Assembly: GCF_009914755.1 (NCBI RefSeq)
Contig: NC_060933.1
From: the human T2T-CHM13v2.0 reference genome, Homo sapiens
Direction: 5' to 3' (one strand)
DNA: 64,000 bases
Of this stretch, positions 1 to 59,900 are shown piece by piece. Every line of letters starts with the position of its first letter. The first letter of the stretch is position 1. The notes under the pieces are model-generated. The model saw nothing but the letters and a program-made list of their open reading frames with translations, did no database searches and had not been told where the DNA came from. The translations under genes were made by a program, and so were the position numbers.

Positions 1-520
1 GCACGCATTCCAGAGGCCACCCAGACCATGCTCCGCTGCCTGGGCGCCCAAGCTGCAGTCGCCCTCTGTGTGCAGGCAGCAGCCTCTAGGCAACTCCTGG
101 GCCCGCCCGCACTCCCCACATCTCGGAAGCAGGGCCAGATGTCCCTGTGGCTGCGGCCGAGCCAGGCGGTCTGCCCTGCAGCAGCTGCACGGGGGCGGGA
201 ACCGGCCCTCAGCCCCATCCCCGGTGGCTGCAGAGGGCCCCTGGCTAGAGGTCTCGAGCTCTGGCAGAGGAGGAGCCGGGAGGGGGCAGGGTCTGGCGGG
301 CTCTCAGGCCAGGGGCATCCGCGATCCAGAGGCCGCCCAGGCCATGCTCCACCACCTGGGCGCCCAGCTACAGGCGCCGGGCAACTCCCAAGCTGGCTGG
401 CGCGCCCAGCCTCGCAGAACCGGGGCTAGATGTCGCCGTGGCTGCGGCCAAGCCAGGCGGTCTGCCCGGCGGCGGCTGCACCGGGGCAGGAACCGACCCT
501 CAGCCCCATCCCCGCGGACG
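1..520. repeat. Degenerate ~300-bp GC-rich tandem duplication upstream of exon 1
   Basis: ccagaggccRcccag..ccatgctcc at ~9 and ~326; agatgtc..gtggctgcggccRagccaggcggtctgccc at ~137 and ~428; ggaaccg.ccctcagccccatccc at ~198 and ~489. Confidence 0.8.
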
Positions 521-997
521 GTCCCTGGAGCGGCCCCGATCTCTCTTCGGAGAAGAGGGGCGGGAGTCACGGCCAGGCGGGAAGGGATGCGCGCCTGAGA
601 TTCTGGAACGTCCCGCGCCAGCCCAGGAGAACCCGCAAGCCAGCGGCGCCTGAGCCCGAGCTGCAGTCACCCTCTGCGGGCCACGCGAGCTCGAGGGCGC
701 CTTCCGGAGTCCGGGCTGGCGCTGAGCTGTAGGCGCGCGCCTAACCGCTTTACTGGGCTCACTCTATCGAGAGGTCGGAGGCTGCGAGTGTCGCTGCTGA
801 AGGCTGTGGTGGACCGGGCTGGATCGCGGATTCTGAGCTACATCGCGGGTTTGGGGGTGGATCGCGGGTTTGGGGGTGCATCTTGGATTTAGGGGTGGAT
901 CGCTGGGTGGGGAGGGGGATCTCGAATTTGGAGCTGGGTGGGGGTGGAAAGGCCACGAGGAGCCGCGGCGTCTCAGGAGCGGGTGGTGGGCATCTGA

Positions 998-48884
<47,887 letters not shown>

Positions 48885-49502
48885 AATCCACTGGTAAGCC
48901 ACATCTAATGAAGAGAATATTTAACCATAAAATCTTAAGGAAAAGTTGTATGATTTAAAAGATCATAAAACTTTATTACTGGGCTATTTACATGAAATTT
49001 TAATTGTTTCTCATAAAATATAAAACATCACAATCTTTACTAAAGTAGAATATTTTCATATCATATGATGTATATTTATATGTTATTTTAAATGATTTTT
49101 TTAGCCTCCTTAAGTTTTAAGTGGATCTTGCAAATGAACACCAGTGTTATTGAGTTTGACCTACTCAAATTGCCTGAATGTCAGCTGTTTAAACAGCCAA
49201 ACAACCAAGTCATCATTGATACTGTAGTAAAGGTCATCTTTGCATTTTACACTTTTTATTACCATATATAGTAGGAGACTTAAAGAGTATCTGCCAGGTT
49301 TGTCCATACTAGTGTTATGATTTTCTTTTTGTAGTTCAATAGTATTTTGTGTGGAGATACTTTGAAGCTCTGTAAATATCTGGTTACTCCTCAAAACCCA
49401 CTAGATTTAGCATTTCATGGATGACTTGTGTTTGAACAAGTATTACTGTGATGGTTGCCAGATGATTATTTTTCTTATTTTCTTCTTTGTTCTACATGGA
49501 GA

Positions 49503-49521
49503 AATAAAACCAATAAATAAA
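49503..49521 (+). terminator. Clustered polyadenylation signals (3 x AATAAA)
   Basis: AATAAA at 49503, 49512 and 49516 at the end of the AT-rich region after the last exon. Confidence 0.7.
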
Positions 49522-50284
49522 GGAGAAGGGAAAGTCATGATTCTGGTGCTCCAGTTCCCAAAGATTAGGCCAGTGGTAGACATTTCAAGCTGACTTTATG
49601 TCTTTTTGATTTGTCCCCATTACTCTGTCAGCACTTTTTTACTTTCTGGCACAAGGTGTTCTAAACTAATGTTGTATTTTCTCTGTGGCAACCCTAGAAT
49701 GAGTAATTTTTCTTAAAAGCAGAGTTGGAGCCACCGAAGAAGCACAGGCGAGCTCTTCCCATCATGCGCTCACTAGTCCCCAACAGAAGAACCACTGTCG
49801 CATCCACTGAGGTACCAAGAAACTAGCAAAGGGCCTTCTAGCTGTCTGGGGACAGTCCTCATGTGGTCCCTGGCTCAGCCTCAAGGGTTCTTGATTAGTC
49901 TCCCTGCAGCCTCTGTGCTGTGTCTCTAGATCGGGGCTCTGTGGGAAGGGCCCTGGGAGACCCAGCAGCACAGGGTGTCTTGTCTGCCAAATGTCCCTCC
50001 CTTCCTCCCACTCTGACACTCAGGAATAGGGAAGATGGCATGTCCAGGCAGTGCCAGGCCACCTCATTGTCTCCTTTCAGATGGGCCCAGAGGGCCTTGC
50101 GGGGTGAGTGTGAAGCTGGGTACCTGGAGCCTGAGGCTGACTCCCTCCCTGTGTCTTGGAGGAGAGGCCTTGCAGCCCAAGAAAACCCCCCGGGCCTGAC
50201 CCCTGGGCACACATGCAGGGAGGGAGGGTCTGTGGGCTGATGGCAGCATTGTAATGAGACTTTGAACACAGCTGCTCAAGGGCC

Positions 50285-50885
50285 TCATCAGTGGACCATG
50301 GTCAGAGATGACCTAGCCATCAGGACCTGGCCAGTTGGGACCTGATCAGCAGGGACCTGGTTAGCGGTGGCCTCCTCAGTGAAGGCCTCACCCAGTGGGT
50401 ACCTTGTGACCTAGTCATCGGAAGCCTAGTCAGTGGGGACCTGGTCAGTGGTGGCCTTATTAGTGGGGCCTGATCGGTTGGAACATAAACAATAAAAAAC
50501 TGGTCGGTGGGGTGTATTCAGTATATTAGGGGTCTGGTCAGTGTGGGGCCTTAGTGGCTTGGAGCCTGGTCAGTGAGAGCCTGGTCAGAGGGGGCTCAGT
50601 CGGCTGGGGACTGATCCATGGAGAATTATTCAGTGGGGGTGAGGTGAGCAGCAACCTGGTAAATTGTGGTCTTGTCAGTGGGAACCCAGTCAGTGGGGAC
50701 CAGGTCAGTGGGAAATTGGTCAGTGGGGTCTGGTCCATGAGGCCTACTAATGGGGGCCTGGTTACGGAGACATGGTCCGTGGGGACTTGGTCAGTGGGGC
50801 CTGGTCAATGGAGGAGTGCTCATTAGGGGCCTCGTTGGGGGCACCTGGTCAGTAGGAACCTGGCCAGTTAGCCGATGTGTGACCT
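50285..50885. repeat. Degenerate ~16-18-bp minisatellite (CCTGGTCAGTGGGG core)
   Basis: Roughly 30 imperfect copies of ctggtcagtggg. Confidence 0.88.
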
Positions 50886-52258
50886 CAGGCAGGGGTTTTT
50901 TCTGTGGAGTCTCCTTGCCTCCATCTGTAGGGAAGGTGAGTCAGGGCACCCTGGAGGGTGCCTGGAAAGAGAACGTGAGAAGATGTATTGAATTCAGCAC
51001 TGCTTGGGAGACCTCCAACTTTACACACGACCTGGGTTCCACCTAGAGAGGGTGCCAGCCCTCTCTGCTCTGCTCGGCGCCCCTCCTCTGTCTGCATCCC
51101 TAGGACCACCCTTGGTGGAGAGGGCAGAAATTGGGGAGCACCTGTGGGAGGCTCTAATCCTGGCCCTGGGCCCTGGTGGTGACAGTGATGAGGACCTGGG
51201 TGCACCTGTGAGTGGAGCAGCTAGGCCTGGCCAGAGAAGCAAGACAAACAAACACACCCATATGTACAGACACACACAAACACATGCATACACAAACACA
51301 ATGCATGCACACATGTCAGTTCAGGGGATAGAGGACACTGACTCTGGGCCCTCTTGACCCAAGCAGGCTCCTGTTGTGGTGGGTTGTGTCATCCCACGAT
51401 GTCACTCTTGCTGAGTCCCCATCGCCTCTGTGTTTTGGAGCAGTTAGAGACACACAGCAGTCTCTGTGAGTGGCTCTGCGTGAAGGATTGTTTTCTAGGT
51501 GAGATGCACATCTCAACACAGCTGACTGCTCAGACTCAGGTGAGTGGGACCTGCTCTCTTCTCTTCCTCCTGGCTTGGGGACAGTCACTATCAAGTGGGT
51601 GGTTTTGGCCTCTGGGCAGCTACTGAGGGTAATACCTGAGCACTCACTGGGTGCCTGTTCTGTGCTGACAGTCATCTCATTCATCCTTGCAGCAATTCCA
51701 TTCTGCATCTCCTCTGGACACCCCCAGGACCACCAGGACAACCCCATCATGGCCCTGTCACCAGGCCCAGTCTGGCTCCATGATAACCAAGATGCAGGTC
51801 CAGAGACAACCGCCCTACTTGGTGCCTGCATCTGACCCCCCTTGGTGGGTAGTGACCAGCCCAACATGGAAGAAGCCAGGGCAGCATGCAGCCAGCTGCC
51901 CTGCAGCCCCAGATGGCACCTGGGCCTTGGGAAGTCATTCTCAAAGGGGAAGCTGGAAACTTTGATGTCCCTGGAGGGAAGGGTGAACGTGGCATCTGAA
52001 CAACCCTGGCAGCCAGCAGCATCTTCTCATCCAACCTGTGGGACAGAGGCCCCCTGCTTGGGAATGAGATCCATACCTAAAGGGTCCTGGCCCAGTCAGG
52101 CCTCATCCTGGGCCCTGGGAGGGGAGGGGCACTATGGGCCCCCCAGCAGCAGTCAGCATTACCACCCAGGGAACTCAGCCTTCTGTGGCCCTGGCCAGAG
52201 TTAGAATTTGGCCCAAGACAGGACAAGCTCACTCAGAGCAGGGTGTCAGTACCCAGGA

Positions 52259-52597
52259 CCTGTGCATGCCAGGCAAGGCCAAGCTGGCTCAAAGAGCAAC
52301 CAGCCACCTCTGCAAGGGTGTGCCTGGAGCAGATGGACCAGCCACCAGCCTCACCCACTCAAGGAATCAGGGGTGGCCAGGTTCCCACAGCCTGAGGGGC
52401 TGCCACTTGACGGCTGATGGAGTGGAGGCCTGAGGAAAAGCAGATGGCACTGGGGCCCTACCTCCAGGGCAGAATAACTGATTTACCCTGACTGGCAGCG
52501 AGTGAGGTTGGTGGCTGGTCCACCTGCTCCTGGCACACCCTTGCAGAGGTGGCTGGTTGCTCTTTGAGCCAGCTTGGCCTTGCCTGGCATGCACAGG
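52259..52597. repeat. Inverted repeat, 96-bp arms (52259-52354 / 52502-52597), 147-bp spacer
   Basis: Arms are reverse complements at 93/96 positions; the same peptide appears on both strands in the ORF track. Confidence 0.95.
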
Positions 52598-52734
52598 CCT
52601 CAATGCAACCACTGTGCTGCAGATGGAGCCACATAGAGGAAATGAGCAGCAGGCTCAGGAGCAGGGTGTGCACTGCCTTTGGGGCTCCAGTCCATGCATG
52701 AGGGCTCCTACAGAACTGTGGGCTTCTTGGGTGC

Positions 52735-53900
52735 CAAGAGGCAGACCACAGGCCATCTTGAGAAGGACTCCGTGTTCAAGTGCAGAAAGGGCCCAATCTG
52801 GTAGATGAACCACACAGCCAGCTTTTGGGTGCAGGCACAGTGCCACATCTTCCATCACTTCCTGATGTGTCACACCAGCACTGAAGAGACAGCCTGGAGA
52901 CAGGGCAAGAGGAAGGCTGAGAAGGATGAGGTGGTGAATTCCAGCTTCTTCCTGACCCTGAGCCCACCCCCAAGGTGGCCCTCAACCTTTAAGAGTGGGA
53001 GAGCAAAATTGATGGCTTCGAGTGCTTCACCAAGAAGATAGAAACACAGGGCACTCAGCTCAACTTCTCAGCCAATGAGTTGACATGCAAGCAGATTATG
53101 GTGATGGGTTTTAAGAAGGAGCATCAGAAGGTGGCCAGTTCTTCAGCCTCAGCCAGGTCTTGGAGCTGGGCCAGGCCATCACTTCACCAGAGATGCCTTC
53201 AACACCGTTGGTGAGCTCTGCCAATCAGCCCATCCAGGAACTGGACCCAGTCATGGACCTGTTAGTGCTGTCTCAGGGACACCAGGTCAACATCCCGGAC
53301 ATCATCCACATACACAAGGAAGCTCTTACCAAAGTCATGGAGAGCAGGCAACATGTGGCAGAAGGGAAGACAGAGGTGCAGAGGCTGATGATGTCAGAAT
53401 CACAGGAACAGGATTTCTTTGGACACTGTGGCTGAAATTCACCACTTCCATCCAATTCCGGTGAGAAACATGGACTCACAGATGCAGGATTTCTTGCAAC
53501 AAGAGATACTATTTTTTCAAAAGGTCACCCAGGAATTGATAGTGTTGAATGACTAGATACTCGATTGTGCACTGTTTCCAGTTCAAGGATGCTTTCTACA
53601 GCAGAATAATAACACTAGCAAAGAGCTAGTGCCAGGTATTGGCGGTAGTACAAGGATGGCTTTGTTCTCAATTGAAACTCAGCTGAATATAGAATTGTGT
53701 AGGAAACAGTTAATATGGCGATAGAATAGAAACAGTAGCAAACATGACCTAAACCATGCTATGAATTCCTACACTACCATTGTAACTTTTGGAAGAATGA
53801 TACCACTTACTTTATTGCTTTTTGAAGTATGAATATTTTCATGTATATGCTGTAGACCTCAAACCCTGTGAAGAGTCTCAAAGAAGCTGGCTGGATAAAG
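52735..53900 (+). pseudogene. SNX18P7: Processed sorting nexin 18 pseudogene (PX end, BAR domain, start of 3' UTR); probably SNX18P7
   Basis: [90 protein letters not shown] resemble SNX18; stop and frameshifts, no intron. The P7 number is inferred from recalled synteny. Confidence 0.85.
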
Positions 53901-53902
53901 CC

Positions 53903-56900
53903 TGAGTGACTTCTCATGAGACCTGGTCATTGAAAACTCTATGTCACCTCCCTACTCTGCATGTTTTCCTCTTGCCGTGTGAGACAACTCACTCTTTCTT
54001 TGCCTTGCACAAAGATTGAAAGATTTCTGAGGCCTACCAGAAGCAGAAGCCCTGTGCTTCCTGTCCACCCTGCAGAACCATGAGCCAATTAAACCTCTTT
54101 TTCATAATGAATCATACAGAAAATGGCAAATGAGGACTGGAGCATTGCTATAAAGATACCTGAAAATGTGGAAGCAGCTTTGGAACTAGGTAATGGACAG
54201 AGGTTGGAAGAGTTTGGAGGGCTCAAAAGAAGACAGATGAGAAAGTTTGGACCATCTTAGAGACTGGTTAAATGGTTGTGACCAAAATCCTGACAGAAAC
54301 ATGGACAGTGAAGGCTAGGCTGAGGAGGTCTCAGATAGAAATAAGAAGCTTTCTGGAAAATGTCTTCCTTTTGGATATGGAAAGCTTACACAATGCCTGT
54401 ACCACCCCTGTACCTTAGAAGCAGTGATCTTGCATTTTATTTCAGAGGCTTATAGGCAAAAGAGGCTGCAGCCTTGACTCAGATGAGACTTTGGACTTTG
54501 TAACATTGTGTTAATGCTGAAATGAGTTAAGACTCATGCTGGCAAGGCATGATTGTATTTTGCAATGTGAAAAGGACAAGAGATTCGTGGGGTCAGGGAC
54601 AGAATAATATGGTTTGTCTCTATATCCCTATCAAAACCCGTGTGGAATTATACTCCCTAACGTTAGAGGTGGGGCCTAGGTGGAAAAAGATTTAGTCATA
54701 AAATGGTGCAGGTAGATCCTCCACGAATGATAAAGCACCATCCCCTTGATGCTGTCCTCCTGATAGTGAGTGAGTTTTCATGTGATCTGGTTGTTTAACA
54801 GGCTGTGGAACCTCTTTCCTCACTCTGTCTTCCTCCTACTCCTGCCATAGGAGACAGCTGATTGTCCCTTGGCCTTCTGGTATAATTAGGAGGCTCCCTG
54901 ACTCCTCCCAGAAACAAAAGACACTATGCTTCCTTCACAGCCTGCAGAACCCTGAGTCAATGAAACCTCTTTTATTTAGGATAATACAGAAAATTAGAAC
55001 TGCAGAGAGGAGCTGTGAAATGTCTTCAAGGCCTTTTTCCATTTGTCTTGGCCATTAGCACAGGGCTTCTTTATATGCAAATTTCTGAAGTCTTCTTGAA
55101 TGTTCCCCCTTAAATCGGGTTTTGTGTTATTACTACATAGCCAACCTGCTATAGAGATACCTGAAAAAGTAGAAGCAGGTTCAGAAGTGGGTAACAAACA
55201 AAGATTGGGAGGGTTTGCAGGGATTGGAAAATGACAAAAAGATGAGGGCCTGGTGGGAGTGATTTAATCACGGATGGGAGGCGGGTGGGGTGGAAGGAAA
55301 AAGAGGTGGGCAGGGTGGGGAGGAGTAGGCTGGTGTAGGGTGGTGGAAGGGTGGGGTGTAGTGGGAGTGGGGAGTCGCCTGCTGCAGAGGCACAGCCTCA
55401 TGGACAACCTCTACTAGGGCAGTGCACCTGTGGCTTTGCAAGTTTTAGCCCCCACGGCTGCTCTCATGGACTGGGCTACTGTTGAGTGCCTGTAGCTTTT
55501 CCACAGTGGGGGTGCAAGCTGTTGGTGGGTCTATGAATCTGGCTCTGCCTCTGCAGCAGGCTTCTGCCTGGAAACAGTGGGAGGTGGAGGTGGGGGTTGC
55601 GGGGGCAGATCCTTCACCAGTGGTTAAGCACCATCTTCTTGATGCTGACCTTGTGATACTGAGTTCTCATGAGATCTGGTTGTATAACAGGGCGGGCTCC
55701 TCTTTCCTCTCTCAGTCTTGCTTCTACTGCTGCCACATGAAGCATTTCCTTGCCCCTTGGCCTTCTGGTATGATTGGGAGGCTTCCTGAGTCCTCCCGGA
55801 AGCAGAAGCCACTATGCTTCCTTTACAGCCTGCAGAACCGTGAGCCAATTACACCTCTTTCTTTATGATTCTACACAAAATTAGTGCTGTGAAGTGGAGC
55901 TATGAAATGCCTTCAAGGCCTTTTCCCCATTGTGTTGGTAACCAGTACTCAGCTTCTTTTCATGAAGATATCTGAAGCCTTTGTGAATTTTCCCCCTGAA
56001 AATGGACTTTTCTTGTTTTACCACATTACCAGGCTGTGACAAAGATATCTGAGAATGTAGAAGCAGGTTCAGAAGTGGGTAAAAAAGAGAGGTCAGAAGA
56101 GTTGGGAACACTTAGAAGACAGCATGATGAGGAAAAATTTGGACCACTGAAAATAATTGTTAAATACTTGTGATCAGAAGGCTGACAGAAAGATGGACAG
56201 TGAAGGCCAGAATTAAAAGGTCTCAGATGAAAATGAGGAACATCTTGTGAACAAGAGCCAAGGTTACATTTGATTGGCCTTAGCCCTGGAGAGCTCTGAA
56301 ACTGTGAACATGGGAGTAACGATTTAGGATGTATCTGGTGGAATGAGCATCTAGGCAGCATAGCTCAAGAGGTGTCCTCTCTACATCCAACAGCCTGTGT
56401 TCTTATGTGTGACCTAAGAAATTACCTCAAGTTGCAACTTCTATTTAAAGGAGAAGTAGAGCTCAAAAATTTGAAAAATTTGCAGCCTAGCCAAGTGGTC
56501 AAAAAGGAAAGCTGATTTTCAGGGGGAAAATTCAAGAGCACTTAAAGTATTTGCATAAAAAAAGAGCCCAGTGCAAATAGCCAAGACTATGGGGAAAAGG
56601 CCTTGAAGGCATTTCAGAGACCTTTGCAGCAGCCCTTGCTGTCATAGGCCCTGGGGACGAGGAGAGAATTGTTTCCTGGGCCAGCTCCATGGCCTGGCTG
56701 CTGTGTGCATCCTCAGGACACTGCTGCCTGCATCCCTGCAGATCCGGCTCCAGCCATGGCTGAAAGATGCACAGGTACAGCTTGGGTCACTGCTTCAGAG
56801 GTGGCTCCAAGCCTTGATGGCTTCCACATAGTGTTAAGCCAGGAGGTGCACAGAGCAAGAGACTAGAGGCTTGGGAGCCTCTGTCTAGACTCCAGAGGAT

Positions 56901-59900
56901 GTACAGAAAAGCCTGGGTGTCCAGACAGAAGCCTTTCCAAGAGGCAGAGCCTCATGGGAAACCTTTACTAGGGCAGGAAAGAAGGGATGTATCAGGTTGA
57001 AGCCCTCACACAGGGAGGCACCATCCTTCAAACCCCAGATTCATAGACCCACCAACAGCTTGCCCCCTCAATGTGGGAAAGCTACAGACACTCAACACCA
57101 GCCCCATCCATGAGGGCAGCTGCGGGGACTGATCACTGCAAACCCACAGGTGGAGATCTGCCCAAAGCCTTTGGAGTCCAGCCCTCACACTCCTGTGCCA
57201 TGGATGTGGGACAAGGATTCCAAAAGGATGATTTTGGAGCTGTAGGATTGAATGACTGGCCTACTGCGTTTTGGACATTCATGTATCCTGTGAGTCCCAT
57301 CGGTGTTTTGTTTTTGTTTCTGGCAATTTTTCTTCTGTTGGCTGGGAGTGCTTACCCATTGCCTGTACAATCATTGTACCTTGGAAGTAGTTAACTTGCT
57401 TTATAATTCAGAGACTTATGGGCAGAAGGGACTGTATCCTTGTCTCAGATGAAACTTTGGGCTTTACACATCTGAGTAAATGCTGGAATGAGTTAAGATT
57501 TGGGGGACTGTAGGAGAGGCATCATTGTATTTTGCAATGTGAGAAAGACAGATTTGCAGGGGCAGGGACAGAAGAATATGATCTGGCTCTGTGTCCCACT
57601 GATGTGGAATTGTAATGGGAAATGTTAAAGGTGGGGGGCAGGTGGAAGGTGATTTAATCGTGGTGGAGAGTGGAGGTTGGAAGGTGGGGGTGGTGGGGCG
57701 AAATGGGGAAAATTGTGGTGGGGTTGGGGGTGAAAGGCGGGTGGGGGGCAGATCCTTCACAAATGGTTAAACACAATCTCCTTAATACTGTCCTTGTGAT
57801 AGTTCTCTTCATGATTTTGTGGTGGTGAGATTGAATGAATACTGTTCTGCTGGGTTTTGGATGTGCATTGGGCCTCTGGTCCCATTTGTGTTATTTTTCT
57901 GGGAAATTTCTTCCCCTTGGATTAAGACAGCTTACCCAATACCTGTGTCATCATTGTACCTTTAAAGAAATGAACTCCATTTTAACTTCAGAGACTCATA
58001 GGCATAAGAGACTGTAGCCTTGTCTCGGATGAGACTTTGAACTTTTTATATTTGAGTTAATGCTGGAATGAGTTAAGGATTTTGGAAACTTTTGAAAAGG
58101 CATGATTGTATTTTACCCTGTGAGAAGGACATGAGATTTGGAAGGGTCAAGTTCGGAATACTATGGTTTGGCTGTGTTTCCCTAGAAAAACTCTGTGGAA
58201 GTGTAATCCTGAATTTTGGAGGTGAAGCCTGGTGGGAGGTGATTTAATCCTGGATGGGAGGAGGGTGGGGGTGTAAGGAAAAAGGGGCGGGGAGGGTGGG
58301 GAGGAATAGGCTGGCCATAGGGTGGTGGGTAGTAGGAAGGGGGAGTAGCCTGCTGCAGAGGCAGAGGCTCATGGAAAACCTCTACTAGGACAGTGCACCT
58401 GTGGCTTTGCAGGCTTTAGCCCCGTGGCTGCTCTCATGGGCTTGGCTGTTGTTTAGTGCCTGTACCTTTTCCATACTGAGAGTATGAGCTGTTGTTGGGT
58501 CTATGAATCTGGGGTCTGGAGGATGATGGCCTCCTGCATAGGGGCTCCAAGCCCATATTTTCCTTCTGCATATTTCCTTCCAAGCCCATATTTTCCAAGA
58601 GGCTCTGCCTCTGCAGCAGGCTTCTGCCTGGAAACAGTGGGGGGTGGAAGTGTGTTGGGGGGTGGATCTTTCACCAATGATTAAGCACCATCTTCTTGAT
58701 GCTGACCTTGTGATACTGAGTTCTCAAGAGATCTGGTTGTATAACAGTCTGTGACACCTCTTTCCTCTCTCTGTCTTGCTCCTACTCTGGCCATATGCAA
58801 CATTTTATTGCTGCTTGTCCTTCTGGTATAATTGAGAGGCCTCCTGAGTCCTCCCAGAAGCAGAAGTTACTATGCTTTCTTTACAGCCTACTGCAGAACT
58901 ATAAGCCAATTAAACCCCTTTTTGTTATGATCTTACAGAAAATTACTATGCGAATTGAAGCTATTAAATGTCTTCAATGACTTTTCCCCATCACATTGGC
59001 TATTAATACTGGTCTTCCTTTTAATGCAAATATCTGAAGCCTTCTTGAAGTTTGCCCCTGAAAATGGACTTTTTTTCCTTCTACATTGCCAGGTTGTGAC
59101 AAAGATAGCTGAAAATATAAAAGCAGGTTCAGAAGTGGCTAACAGCCAGAGGTCGGAGAGTTTGGAGGACTTGGAAGAAGACAGGAAGATGAAGGAAAGT
59201 TTGGACCATTGTAGAGACTTGTTAAATACTTGTGATTAAAATGCTGACAGAAGGAGGGACAGTGAAGGCCAGGCTTATGAGGTCTCAGATGAAAATGAGG
59301 AACTTACTGGGAACAGGAGCCAAGGTTACTTTTGTTTTGCTGTAACAAAGAACGTGGCTGCAGGGTGACCTTGCCCTGGAGATGTGTGAAACTTTAAACT
59401 TGAGGTTGATGATTCAGGGCATATCTGGTGGAATGAACATCTAGGCAGCAAATCTCAAGACGTGCCCTCTCTATGTCAAACAGCCTGTGCCCTTATGTGT
59501 GACCAAGGAAATGACCTCAAGTTGCAACTTATATTTAAATGACAAGCAGAGCTCAAAAGTTTGTAACATTTGCAGCCTGGCCAAATGGTCAAAACAAAAG
59601 CTGATTTTCAGAGGGAAAATTCATGATGGCTTTAAAAATTTGCATGAAATGAAGGCCAGTGCTAATAGCCAACGCAATGGGGGAGAAAGCCTTGGAGGCA
59701 TTTCAGAGATGTTTGCAGTAGCCCTTGCTGTCACAGGCCCTGGGACCTAGGAGAAAGAATGGTTTCCTGGGCCATCCCCATGGCTCTGCTGCTGTGTGCA
59801 GCCTCAGGATACTGCTGCCTGCATCCCTGCAGCTCCAGCTCCAGCCTTGTCTCAAAGACGCACAGGTACAGCTTGGGACACCGCTTCAGAAGGTGCAAGC

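Noticed and set aside
50285-50885. CRISPR-like array
   Set aside because: Degenerate head-to-tail units without unique spacers, no cas genes, eukaryotic context.
51840-52210. Possible 5' part of the SNX18 retrocopy
   Set aside because: Only faint low-complexity resemblance; cannot be supported without an alignment.
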